Part shown: positions 48,875-61,821 of the stretch, piece by piece
How positions within the stretch are numbered: position 1 is the stretch's first letter
Layout: each line of letters opens with the position of its first letter
NCBI GenBank assembly: GCA_050613775.1
Contig: JBODTK010000105.1
Span: 434,001-498,000, forward strand
Source of the DNA: Neocallimastix sp. 'constans'
Taxonomy: Eukaryota
Length of the DNA: 64,000 nucleotides
Direction: 5' to 3'
Made by a program: the position numbers and the translations under genes
The notes under the pieces: model-generated
What the model saw: the letters and a program-made list of their open reading frames with translations, nothing else
Database searches by the model: none
What the model was told of the DNA's origin: nothing

Positions 48875-49933
48875 AACATTAAAAAAAATTGAATAAGAGT
48901 ACTTTATGTGGTTTTATATTTTTTATAAATTTTGTTGTGAACTATTTTAAAATTATTTAATTTATTCTAGTTACATAAAGATACTATATAATTTTTTTTT
49001 TTTTTTTTTTTTTTGTATTATGGAGTTAACGCCTAATATTTAATTAAGTAGAATATAATTTAAAAATTTTTTATTTTCAACGAAAAAAAGAATATAATGA
49101 TAAATAGTTTATATAAAAGCAATATAAAATTATAAAAACAAAAAAAAATTAATTATATTTATATACTTCCTTTTAGATGAATCTTTTATGGCTTATGATA
49201 AGCTAATATTATAATACTGAAGAATAAACAATAGATTTTTTTTTTTTTAAAAAAAAAAATATATTTGGAGTCAAAAAATTTAATAAAAGAGCTTATTAAT
49301 TAATAATTTCCTTGAATTTTTTTTTAAATATAAACAATAAAACAAAAATCCTTATCAACATTGAAATAATAGCCGTTCTATACAACTAATTCAACAAATA
49401 ATTGAATTTAATATATTGTTTTTCTCTATGTTTGATAAAAGGTTTACTGAATATCATTATTAATTATCTTTATTTTTTTATTAATTATTAATAAATTATT
49501 TAATATCGATATAATAGATATGGTTTTAATACTTTCTGAGATTACTTCATAAAAGATTTAATTTTTTTTTTTTTTATATATAAAATTTTTAAATTTTTTT
49601 TATAATTATTTTTAAAATTTTTTAAATAAAATATTTATATTATATTTATTATTATTAAAATTTTGTATTTGTTCTTTATATAATTTTTAACATTATATAA
49701 AGATAAATATAAAAATTTAATAATCTTTTTTAATACTTTATAAAAAAAAAAAAAAATAAAAATAAAAAAACAATTAAATAGAAGGTATTTTTTTTTATTA
49801 TTAATTAAAAAAAAAAAAAAAAAAAAAAATAAAATAAAATAAAACAAAATACAGATGCATATTTTGGTAAGTTTGTTTTTATTTTATTTTGTATTATTAA
49901 AGATGCCTATTAATTTTAATACAATAAACTTTA

Positions 49934-51480
49934 ATCTTTACACTCCTCTTAAAGTTTTTACTTTTATTAAAATTTTAAATCAAAGTTATATTATTTATAT
50001 TTAATAATCGTTTAATTATTCTACATCTTTTTTCTTTAAAATTTATGCGTTATCAATTTTCTAAATTTATTTAAAGAGATTGCATTATAATAATTTGTTA
50101 AACCATCAGCAAGATCTTGTTTAATCAATTCATATGTGTAATAGTATCTTATATCGATATGTTTTAATTTGGGATTGATCATTTCGTTCTTACTGATGTA
50201 GATAGCTCCTTTATTATTTACATTTATAATCGAATCAGAATTCATAAAATAAATTTTTATACCATTAGCAGCATCTTGAACATTTATCGATGCCATAATA
50301 TTCATTCTCTGAGGAAGATACGGCAACATAAGGTTGTAGTTTAGAGTACCATGAAGAAGGACCATTTCCCATTATAAATAAGTAACCAATAGTAGACTTA
50401 CTGGTTTCTATGTCTCCTCCATAATCTGCATCTATCAATACATTTAATATAATGGTTTTGGTGAATTTTATACCGTAATTTTTTCATTACCTTTAAGATA
50501 TCTAAATACTTTAAGAATATTTAACCCATCTTCGAAAGTTTGGTCTTTTTTACTTATGTGAAGCTTTACTAACAGCGAATAAAATATCTGGAACAATTTC
50601 AAGTACATAGATATAGTAAACATCCTATACTTTACACATATTTAGATACATTAAATTTATTCTCTCTCAATTCAAAATTCTTCTCCGGCATCATATTTGA
50701 AACCGTTTTATATTTTATCAATATAAAATTTAGCAGTAAGAAACACCTATGGTAATTGATCATATATGATTCAATAATTAAAATCTTCTGAAAACGCTGT
50801 ATACAGATAATTGTATTTTTTTTTTCTCATTGGAGATTTTATATTTTTAAATCTCTCAATTCCTCAAATATCATTTCGATCTCAGATATAAATAGATATA
50901 TATCTTCATCTCTAGGATATTTCATGTCTTCCATCTTGTCCTTGAACTCCGATATTCTTCTTTCGTAAATTTTAGTGTTCATGTTTTTGATAAAGTTCAT
51001 TATTTGAAAAGATTTGAAAAGTACTTAATGACTAAAAATTTATTTTAACTTTTATATCATCTGATATATTATTATTAAGATAATATTTGGCTTTAATATC
51101 AGCTTTTTCCGTATCTTTCGTAACACATTCATCGTAATGTAAAATTTCCTTTTTTTTTTTTTTTTTTAACTTTTTTGGGTTAAGAAAATATATTACTTTT
51201 TTATTTTGCTTTTATCTATATATATTTTATTTTTTTTCTTTATAAATGTAATTATTAACTCTATTCATTAATAAAAATTAATCCATTTCTTGTTAACTGA
51301 AACTTATAAACTTTTTTTAATTAATAAATCCTTAGTTGCGATTCCCTCAGTTTGGTTAACCATTATATTATATATAAATATATAAATTAATTATTTATTA
51401 TTCAATATTTTATATAATTAATATATTATTAACTTTTGAGTCATTAAGATTCATCATCTTTTGATACTTTATTTTTGATA
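49934..51480 (-). mobile_element. Internally deleted Copia remnant (gag fragment joined to RT end/RNase H, PPT)
   Basis: Minus strand: INPKLKHIDIRYY..LADGLT; PPT AAGAGGAG then TGTAAAG near 49942; gag-like KDKMEDMKYPRDEDISIYISEIE at ~50870-50945. Duplicated at 61822-62800. Confidence 0.8.
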
Positions 51481-51703
51481 TTTTAATCTTTAATTTTATT
51501 TATTTTATTTTTATTATTTATTAGTGATGACTATTTATTAATAATACTTTAATTACAAGTTTTATATTCTAACTTTATATATTATATATAATATTATAAG
51601 TAAGTTACCAATTTACTATAATTCTGAGAATTTATTAAATATTAAATAATATTTTTATTATTTTGTTTTTATTTAGTTAAACTTTATTCTTAATAAAAGG
51701 AAT

Positions 51704-51745
<42 letters not shown>

Positions 51746-51945
51746 AAAAAATATTAAATATGAAAAAAAGTTAATAATATATGTATTTTTATATATATAG
51801 GAAAGATTTTTTTTTTTTTATTTTTATTTATAGGAAAGGTAAGTTTTTTTTTTATATATTTAAAGGAAAGAAAAGGTTATTATTATTATTTATTTATTTA
51901 TTTATTTTAAAAAATAATAATAAAGAGAAATACATAAATGTAAAA

Positions 51946-52885
51946 ATGTTCAAAATAAGCAAAAAATATAATATATGGCTATTAATTTTACTATACAATT
52001 TATATATATGTATATATTATTCTAATTGTTATATATATATTTTATTTTATTTTTATTTTGTTTTTTTCATTGCTATAATTATTGTTTTTTTTTTTATTTT
52101 TTTTTTATCTAATTTTATTAAAAAAAAAATATTAATTGCTTTATTAATTATTTTTTATTTTAAAATAGATGTTGTAAAAACCATTACCTTTAATGCCATA
52201 GCATATTCTTATTCAGAAGAGACAGAGGTATATTCAATATTGATTAATGGATTTAATAAGTATTCAAGGCAAAATAATTTAGATATAGACATACATTTAA
52301 ATCTTTTGACAATTTATAATTCTTCAAATGAAATAAAAGATTATAGATCAACATTGGATTTTATTTTACAAAAGGATTATGAGAGATATGATTTTATTTT
52401 TTACGATTTAATTTACTCTTCAAGATTCGGTTCTAATTTATTGGATTTAAAAAATATAATACCAGAAGAAATTAAAGAATATAATCCGATATTCATTAAT
52501 TCAACAGGTTATTATAAAGATAAACTAGTTGGACTTGTAAATTGAATTAAATAATTATTATTTTTATTATTATTATTATTATTTGTTTTATCCTATAATT
52601 AATATTTTTTTTTTAAAAAAAAAATTATTTATATATAATAATTGAAAGCCTATATTTTTAGATTTTTTTGTTTTATATTACAATGAACCTTTATTAAATA
52701 AATATAATCAAAAAGTACCGAAAACATGGAATGAATTATATGATACTGGGAAATATATTATGGAGAAAGAAAGAAAAAAAAATAATAATAACATCATTAT
52801 ATATAATGGTTTTTTTCCTGGTATGTTTAATTTATTTATTATGAATATTTTTTTTTTTTTTTTTTTTTTTTTTTATAGTCTATTT

Positions 52886-52929
<44 letters not shown>

Positions 52930-53178
52930 TATTATATAAAAAAAAAATAAAATTTAATCAATTAGATGAAGAAAATGGATTTTGTTCTTTATATGAACAT
53001 ATATATTCTTATAGAGAATTTGTAAATTCAACATTTCCTGATTTGAATAGTTTATCAACTGAAAATGCATTCAAAATAATAAAAAAGATAAAAGATGATC
53101 TATCATCAGGTATAAATAATATAAATATATATTAAATTATTATTATTAATATTAATATAATTATTTTTTTTTAATTAT

Positions 53179-53225
<47 letters not shown>

Positions 53226-54741
53226 TTTTGATATTATTTGTTTTTATTTATATATATATACATTTTTTTTTATTATTTTTTATATTAATATTAAAAATAT
53301 ATATACTTATTATTTTTTTTTATGTATAATAAATACAGATGAAATATTTCAAATGAAAGCTAATTTTGCAATGGATTGTTTAGATAAAGAAAATTCCTTA
53401 TTTATTAAATTTGTAAATGCTAAAAAAACTAATTCTGTTTATAAAAAAACAATATTGCCTGGAGTTCAGGAAGGAATTTCAGGAGCTACAATTATTGGAT
53501 ATAATATTGGAGTAATTAAGTATATAAAGGAGGAAAAAAAAAATAAATTAAAGTCTGTTTTGTCTTATTTATGTTCAAAAAGTATGCAAAGGACAATTAT
53601 AATGGAAAAACCAATACTATCTGCTATATCAAGTTTATATGGGGAGGAAGAAGTATGCCAAAAAATTGATTGCGAAATATATAAAAATATTCAGCCGGTG
53701 TTTAGACCCACATCAATAGTTGATTATGACAATTATTCTAATAAATATTTAAATTATTTTAATGGATACTTGTTTAAAAATGATTCATTACATGATTCCA
53801 TAAGAAATATTATCGATTTAACTAAAATTCATTCAATTTCAATAGGAACAAGTGAAAATATTGTAGGTTTATTTACAGCTATTTCAATATTTTTAATATT
53901 GGCATGTATTATTGTATCATTTTTTTTCCTATTATATAAAGGTTTTTTGGATTATTTTATATTTATACCAATTGATTTTTGGATAATGAGTATGGTGGGA
54001 TCAGTTTCATTTCTATCAGTTTGCTTTTTGGAGATGGGAACAGTAACAGTTTTAAAATGTCATTTTATACAATTTATTATGAGTGGATCGTTTACTTTAA
54101 CTGTAGTTCCAATACTATATAAATTAATTATTGATTATCCCAAAGAAATTAAACTTTTCGAATGGATTTCCTCTAATCGATATTATTTCTTATTGTTTTT
54201 TAGTATGTTTGATATTCTTTTTAATTTACTAACCATCATTTCACCTTTTAAAGTCATCGATAAAATAATTCCAGATGGTCAAAATTATCAAGTATGTTCG
54301 TTTAGTGTATTAGGAAATATAATACTGTGGACCTTATTATTATACAAATTATTAATTATTATTGGTTGCTTATGTATAATGATAGTGGAATGGAAAAGCA
54401 ATGAAATTAAATATGAACTTAATATTTTATTTACTATAATTTTTATATTTTCATTTTCTCTCATTCTTTTATTAATTATATATATTTTTGAAATCAATAA
54501 TTATATATATATATTTATATTAAAAAGTACTATTATTGTTATATTTTCAGTTTCTAATTATGCTTTTATTTTTTACCTTGGAATTAATATGGAAGTGTGT
54601 GATAAAAATTGGTCAAAAAGAACAATTAATGTTAATAAAGTAAAATATAATATTGATATATCAATAAATACCAGTAGTGTAACAAATAGAGAAGAAGATT
54701 TTACGAATTTTAATAATCCTTCCAATACTACAGGTTATTAA
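51946..54741 (+). CDS. Solute-binding-protein / class-C-like 7TM receptor, copy 2 (~716 aa, 5 exons)
   Basis: Exons 51946-52009, 52169-52536, 52649-52820, 52966-53109, 53339-54741 (2151 nt, in frame); highly similar to copy 1. Confidence 0.88.
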
Positions 54742-54950
54742 ATTTATCATCCCAATAAAAAATATAATAAAAAAATGTTATAATAATAATAATAAATATA
54801 TTAATAAACATATATATATTATAAAAATACTATTATAATACTATTTCTAAAAACAAAAATTTAAAAAAAAAAAAAAATTTAATAATTAAAATAGTTTTTT
54901 TTTTTATTTTTATTTTTTTTTATTTTTTTATTTTTATTTTATTTTTTAAA

Positions 54951-55501
54951 TTAAATTTTGTCCAAGTTCTGCAGAGTAGCTATGAATATATTTATATCTT
55001 GTTCTTCGTTATATTTGAGAGAATTTAATTTCTTTTTGATTTCCATACATCTTCTCTCGTGACTAACGGTAAAGGATTTTCCTAGTGTCTTCCATGTTTC
55101 AAAGGCGGTTTTTCCTTGGCTTGCGATAATTTTCATTGTTTCTTCACCTAGACTATTTATGATGATCCATTCTACCATAACGTCACTTTTAATATCCAGG
55201 AGGCTTGTTTCTTTGTAATATACCAGACTTGGGTCAAATTGGTCAATTAAGTAATCATCAGGATCATCTTTTATGTCTCTTCTCCTAAGTTTTTTTTTAC
55301 CTTTCTTGTTAAGGCATAACTTTCGAGGTTATTGATCATTAGTAGATATAGAATATTAGTTCTCCAATCTGGGTAGTTTTCTGTAGTTAATTCAACTATA
55401 CGATTAAAATTTTCAGAATAAGTAAAATTGATTCCCTTTGGAGTTGGTTGTTCGTTTTCACTGACAAGGGTTGGTTGGTTTGATGTTTGACGTCTTCTCA
55501 T
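54951..55501 (-). pseudogene. Copia gag fragment (one frameshift, 3'-truncated)
   Basis: LTTENYPDWRTNILYLLMINNLESY...WIIINSLGEE..KTAFETWKTLGKSF, typical Copia gag N-terminus; ...ACAACA LTR-like end at 55521. Confidence 0.8.
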
Positions 55502-55619
55502 TTTGTTTTGACTTCTTAGATGTTGTGATTTTTTGAAAAAAAATTTTTTATTACAAATATAATGAATATTATTAAGATGTATTTGAAGAGCTACAAAAAG
55601 ATTATTATTGAGCAATTCA

Positions 55620-56803
55620 AGGTTATACGAATAATGTTATTATTTTCAGTACAAATTATGAAATTAAAAACATAAAGCATTTAATTAACGATAAATTTAA
55701 AATTAAGGATATTGGTAATGTTGATTTCGATATTGGTATCAAACTTGTAAAACATGACATAAGATATTTTTTAAATCAAAAAAGATATTTATTAGACATA
55801 ATAAAAAAAATTTGGCATGAAATCATATTATCCCATGAGAAGCATAAAGCCTACAGAAAATAAAAAATTACAAAAAATAAAATTTGATTCAACAATTTAC
55901 CGTTCAGCAATAGGGAACTTATTATATCTGGCTATATGCACAAGACATGATATATTATTCTCGGTAAGTAAATCAGATAGAAAGTCTGCTAACCCAGCAA
56001 TGGAAGATAGAGAAAACCTATTGAAAATATTTAAATATCTTAAAGGAACAATAAATTATGGAATTAATTTTACAAAAAACAGAAAAATAGAAGCATTTGT
56101 TGATGCAGATTATGCTGGGGATACAGAAACAAGAAAATCGACAACTGGCTTCATAATAATAATGGGAAATACACCAATAAGTTGGTTCTCCAAGCTTCAA
56201 CGTTCAGTATCCACTTCAAGTGCAGAATCTGAATATTATAGCTTAAGTGAATGTGTTTGGTATCTTAACCTACTTAATGAATTGAATTTAAATATAAAAT
56301 ATATTCCATTTAACATGAATAATAAAGCTGCATTAAAAAATAGTAAAAATCAAACAATTAATCCGAGAACCAAACATATAGACGTAAGAGTACATTATAT
56401 ATTTGATCTTATTAAAGAAGATAAAATACAACTTAAGTACATTAAATCAAAATATGATATTGCTGATGGATTCACAAATTATCTAAATAATACATTAATG
56501 GAATAAATTTAGAAATTCTATATTATTTAATAGTAATACGTTAAATCTATAAATAATAAAAAAAAATACAAATATATATTTCTAAATGAATATATATTTG
56601 AGGAGGAGTGTTAAAAGATAATAACATATTTATATTCAATTTATATTAACCAATTATAATTAATTTATCTGTATTAAATAATATTTTATGTAGTATATAT
56701 ATCTAAATGATAAAAAAAGAACTAATTTTTAACTTATAATAAAATATATGAACAATAAAAAACTTTATATATAATAAATATAATACTTTTTAATAAATTA
56801 ACA
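55620..56803 (+). mobile_element. Copia 3' remnant: RT C-terminus, RNase H, PPT, 3' LTR (56609-56803)
   Basis: YRSAIGNLLYLAICTR, FVDADYAGD, STSSAESEY, RTKHIDVRVHY; GAGGAGGAG 56600-56608 then TGTTAA...TTAACA. Confidence 0.9.
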
Positions 56804-57424
56804 CTAATTATAGTATAGTTATCTTTCTTTTACTTCTCTCAATTTAATAGTAATTTTTATTATGTTATTATTAAATTGTTGTTAATAATTTAATTATAAT
56901 TAATTTTATAATTAAATTATTACAACTATATGATACGTGATATTTTTAAAACATCAATATCAATATTTATTTTATTTTATATGGACGATAACAGTAGGAA
57001 ATAATTGACAAAATAATATATTCTAATATTATATAGAATAATATCACAATAATAATATTTACACTTTAATATTTATTTTATTTAATTTGATTTTTTATTA
57101 TTATTCATCTATAAAAATACATTATTTATTATTCATCAATATAAAATAATTATTACTTAGTTAAAATATAATTAAATCATTTAATAAAATATAATTAATC
57201 ACTAAAATCTCTCATATTATTAATGTAAACTAATTATAGAATTATACTAAACTATACTAATAAACATGTCTATGGATTAAATTATTAATAAAACTAAATT
57301 TAATATTAATAAAAGAATTGTTCTTTAAACTATTATTATTTACTAAATATATATATTATTACTAAATTATTAATAACCAATAATGTTTTTCATTAAATAA
57401 TTTCTAACTTAAATTTCACTAAAT

Positions 57425-57930
57425 TATGGTATTTATGGTGATACCATATCATATATGATACAAGATTTTTAACTTGTATAGGGATCAGGGCGTGATTTAC
57501 ATTTATCACATGTTAGGATAGATATCTTAATTTGGAAAAAGGTATGTAGTAGAAAATAAAAATAATTTAGACACACATAATGAGTACCCATCTCTCATTA
57601 TGACCATAACAGATATAATTGTTAAATGTGATATACTGGCATACTAGTACAGCATCGCCCCTCCACACTTCACTATTCATTTCTGCTTGGAGCTGTATTC
57701 CCTAACATTCCTACATATATCTCCATTGACCACGAGCATCGGAATAGGAACTATTCACCCCTTCAGTGGGTGTAATCATTGGCGTGTGGACATATTAAAA
57801 TCGGTGCCTATGAATAAGTCGCAGTGTATTATCTCCGGGAACAGGGTCTAATATACTGCCAAGGGAATGCCTTTTGGATACCACTGTGGTTTTATGATAC
57901 CCCAGGATAGAAACCTTGAAGCATATTATA
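57425..57930. ncRNA. Putative structured non-coding element (hairpin-dense, GC-richer than background)
   Basis: No ORF in the track; stems at 57425-57448, 57459-57478, 57576-57602, 57756-57772, 57821-57859, 57859-57877. Confidence 0.45.
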
Positions 57931-58003
57931 TGACCGTGTCAGGAATCGTACCAAGGATTCTACATTAACATGTATTGTCCTTAACCGATTGAGCCAATAC
58001 AGC
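57931..58003 (-). pseudogene. tRNA-Asn(GTT)-derived sequence (degenerate; possible SINE-type head)
   Basis: 73 nt GCTGTATTGGCTCAATCGGTTAAGGACAATACATGTTAATGTAGAATCCTTGGTACGATTCCTGACACGGTCA: A-box TGGCTCAATCGG, TACA-TGTTAA-TGTA arm with GTT at nt 35-37, B-box-like GGTACGATTCC; stems imperfect. Confidence 0.65.
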
Positions 58004-58418
58004 GGCCCCTAGGTATATATGATACGAAATATTAATAAATAGTTAAAATTAGTAAAATTGTTGATAGTAAGAAAAATATAGTTTTTAAAGTTAAAATAGT
58101 TTATTTTATGTTTAGTATAATATTAAAAAAATATAAATAAAAACAGAGAGTTAGTTAGTTTAAGAAAGAGTTATGTATATAATATTCTAGAGATAATTAT
58201 ATAATAATATTGAATTAGAGGAGTAATTAATATTCTTATATAGATTATAATAGAATAATAATTGCATAATTGGTTGTACTTAAATTAAATAAAGATAAAT
58301 AATAATAAAAGATTGACATATTTAAATTATTGTGTGAATTATTATTGTTGAAGTATAATTATTCTTATAGAATTTATTAAGTGTTTACGCATAAGATTAC
58401 ACGAATACATTAACTAAC

Positions 58419-58542
58419 GAGTATTTACAATACACAGGAAACCCCCCGCTTCAGGCATGTATACGTAAAACTGAGAAGCACGATCATAGTGTAGAGGATG
58501 ACTTGTTCGATTTAGGGTTAAGCTGTCAAATGGGTCATTTTT
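58419..58542. repeat. 124-bp non-coding direct repeat, copy A
   Basis: Ungapped match to 60846-60969 with 8 substitutions by my count. Confidence 0.95.
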
Positions 58543-60832
58543 ATGTGGGATTTTTATGTGCAATAATTTATAAGTAGTGGGTTTTTTAAATAATGGTTCT
58601 TTAGTAGAATTTATTAATAAAATTATAATATTCGTACAATTAAAATAATAATTCTAATTCTTAAAATTTACAAGAGAGTAGCCAAGTTAGATATACAATT
58701 ATTGATAATATTATTAATTGAAATATTATTAATTATATTTTCATTAACATTATTAATATTGTTATAATCTTTATCATTATTACTGTTTACTTTATTATTA
58801 TCCTTAATATTATTAATATTTGTTGGACTATTTGTTGAACTAATTTTAAATTTGATTTTAAAATTTTCCGATTTCTACAATGGTATGATAAATTATTATC
58901 ATTACTAATGTTTAAATTATTGCTATTATTATTATCTATACCAAATCTATAATAATTGTAAGCGTTTTATCTAGGTTTAGTATATTTATATAAGTCATTA
59001 TTTTGTATTCCTTGAGTCACAATATTTATAGGTCAATTCCTAAAATTCCTCTGATACTTATTATTATTTCCAATCCATATATTAAATGCATTTTTATTAT
59101 ATTGTCAAGAAGAATTATTTACATAATTTGATCTTTCAATTTGAACATAGTTTGTTACACTATTGTAATTATTCTTAATATTAGTAGTATAAGAACTCCA
59201 CATTTCATTACCTACTCGAGATTCATTTATTATACTTTCAAATTTTTCGGCCAATCTACAGGCATCTTCTAGATTATCAACATTAGCCATAGCAACCCTT
59301 TCATAAATTCTACCTCTTGGTCGTAAAAGGATTTTCATAATCAATTACTGATATAGAAGCCTTATCGTCGAAATTCCATTGATCGTATAATTTCAAAAAT
59401 CTAGTATTAAAATCACAGATACTTTCATTTGGGATTATAATAATTTTTTTTAATTGATGTAGTTTATCTTCCTTTAAATTCTCTCTCCAATATTTCTTTT
59501 TAATTAATTTAACACATTAATCCAAAGTAAGAGCTCTATTTACTTCTTTTTCTTTTTCCATAAGTACCCTTACGATGCCATCTTCAACAGCCCCAATTAT
59601 ATAACTATATTTATTTTCATCGATAGTAATATCTTCCCTCTTTAACCAATCATTAATTTTAAACTTCCAGATATCGTCTCTACGAGATTCACAAATTCTT
59701 GGAAGAGTCCCAGTATCTACCCGATTGCCAGTAAAATTACTATTCCTAATTACTAGCAATTAATTTTAAAAATAATAGTACTTATTTATTAAATTTTTGT
59801 ATTTTTTTTTTTTTTTTTGAAAATATTTATATATACAATTATAATTTTTTGATATATATATATATTATTATTATTATTTAATATAATATTTTAAAATTGT
59901 AATATATCGTAATTAGTGTATATTCCCTTGAAAATTTGTTTTTTAACATTTTTTCTTTACTAATTATAAAATAATCCAAATTTTTTTATTTATTTTAAAA
60001 CAATTTATTTAACTAAAATGAATGAAATAACATATATTACATAAATTTCTCTTCATCAAAGATAAAATATTTATAAATAGCCCATGTAAAAAAAATTAAT
60101 AATTTATATCCTAAACATTATATATAAATTAATCCTAACTGAAGAGAATTTATGTAAATATATTTATAATTAATTAACAAAATTACTAAACACCACTACT
60201 TATAAATTACTTTTTACACAGTACATCCTCTATATCTCCACCAATATTTGATATGCGGGACTTTCATGTGCTATATATTTTTAATAGTATAATTATATTA
60301 TTTTATTAATATTAATATCTTTCCCTAAAATTATAACCAAGTTAACTTCTCTATATTAAATAAAAATTTCAAGAATGGTTATATTTATGATTATTTACAT
60401 ATAAAAATTATAATTGAATAATATATATTTAATAATAATATATAAGAATATAATATATTATAAATATTAATATAATAAATAATATCAACTATATATATAT
60501 TTAATTATAATTAAAATAACTACATCTATTTTATTATATTATAATATATAGAAGTATTATGTATTTTTAATATAAACTTTAAAATAAATGGGAATATTAA
60601 TCTTTATATATAATAATATATTCTTATTATATATATTTAGAAGAAATTAACTATTTAATTTTATATATTTAATATATTTAATATTAAAATTAATAATATA
60701 TATATGAATATTGAATAATATATGAATAAGAAATTATTTCAAATATTATTATTGACTGAAGATATAAATTTAATATTTAATAATTATTATTAAATATACA
60801 AATATGTTGCTACACATATTTGTTTTATATCT
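58542..60832 (-). mobile_element. gag-only LTR element: 5' LTR 60832-60249, tRNA-Ala-type PBS, degraded gag, partial 3' LTR ~58690-58542
   Basis: LTR ends match the 36998-37378 solo LTR; PBS TGGTGGAGA starting at 60243 on the minus strand; gag pieces 59517-59759 and 59105-59344; 58542-58680 is the reverse complement of ~37240-37374. Confidence 0.8.
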
Positions 60833-60845
60833 GCTAATCACGCAT

Positions 60846-60969
60846 GAGTATTTACAATACGCAGGAAACACCCAGCTTCAGGCATGTATACGTAAAACTG
60901 AGAAGCACAATCATAGTGTAGACGATGACTTGTTCGATTTAGGATTAAGCTGTCAAATTGGTTATTTTT
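60846..60969. repeat. 124-bp non-coding direct repeat, copy B
   Basis: Partner of 58419-58542. Confidence 0.95.
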
Positions 60970-61044
60970 GGGTGGTAAGGTGAGATCGAACTCCAGACTA
61001 TTATCTCCGGGGTATACGCCTTGATCATTGACCAGATCTCAGGG
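60970..61044 (-). other. Degenerate tRNA-like sequence (possibly Arg-CCG-derived)
   Basis: Minus strand TGGTCAATGATCAAGGCG (A-box/D-arm-like), CCG at roughly the anticodon position, GAG-TTCGAT-CTC (B-box/T-arm); acceptor stem does not pair. Confidence 0.4.
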
Positions 61045-61821
61045 AGTTCTTAAAGTAATAACATAATAATAAATGTATTTAATTTTAATATAATAAACTT
61101 TATTCTTGTTAAAATTAAGATAGAAAGTAGTTTTATAATTTATAATGTTACTAGGTTAATATGTTGAATTATATATTAATAATCCAACAATAATTAATTA
61201 ATAATAAAATAATAATTAAAATAAAATAAGATAAATAATTGAGTTATTTAAGCACTTAATATTTAAAGAATAATTTAAACAATAATTTCTTTGAAAGATT
61301 TATAAAAATATTTATTTATTTTAATAAAAGTTGATTTATTAGTATATAATTATTGTAAACACTATAACCTTACAAAGAACATAAAATATAGATTTTTACA
61401 TCTTTCTTTTATACTTTGTAAGTTACATAATAATAGTATTTAATTATTAAGATATTAATAATATAGTGATATAAATATTAATAACAATATTAATAACAAT
61501 ATAGATATGTTTAAAAATTTAATATAACTAAATATTTAATTTTTAATTATATGATTAAATTGAATAATTAAAAATAGTAGTTAAAATGTAAACACATATA
61601 TAAACATAATATAAATAAATACATGTAACGGTTAATATTAATCTTATTTATCAATATTCTTAGTACTATTAAGCCTAAGATAATTCTTTAAATATTAAAT
61701 AATTATTAATTATTAATTATTTAAATATATATATTATTTATAATTAAAAAAATAATATTTTTAACTATTGAAATGTAAATAACTGAAATTGAGATTTCAA
61801 TTCAGTTATAATTTCAATAAT

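Noticed and set aside
51781..51945. Extended N-terminus of the 254-aa ORF (also ORF 63117-63440)
   Set aside because: Upstream and intron-1 read-through; the start conserved in all three copies is the MF(I/K)I ATG.
57985..58012. Helitron 3' end (hairpin plus CTAG)
   Set aside because: Hairpin is poor, CTAG is followed by G rather than T, and the segment is better explained as tRNA-derived.
58414..58443. Hammerhead ribozyme core (CTAACGA-stem-GAAAC)
   Set aside because: Lacks CTGANGA, GAAA does not follow stem II directly, and copy B differs; CTGATGA at 5876 also has no partner motif.
58512..58520. TAACCCTAA on the - strand as a telomerase RNA template
   Set aside because: Not conserved in repeat copy B; the same 9-mer occurs by chance near 10670; no pseudoknot identified.
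58445..58542. U6 snRNA-like words (GCTTCAGGCA, ACTGAGAAG, AGGATGAC, terminal T-run)
   Set aside because: ACAGAGA box is imperfect and the AGC triad/ISL and spacing do not match; needs cmscan to revive.
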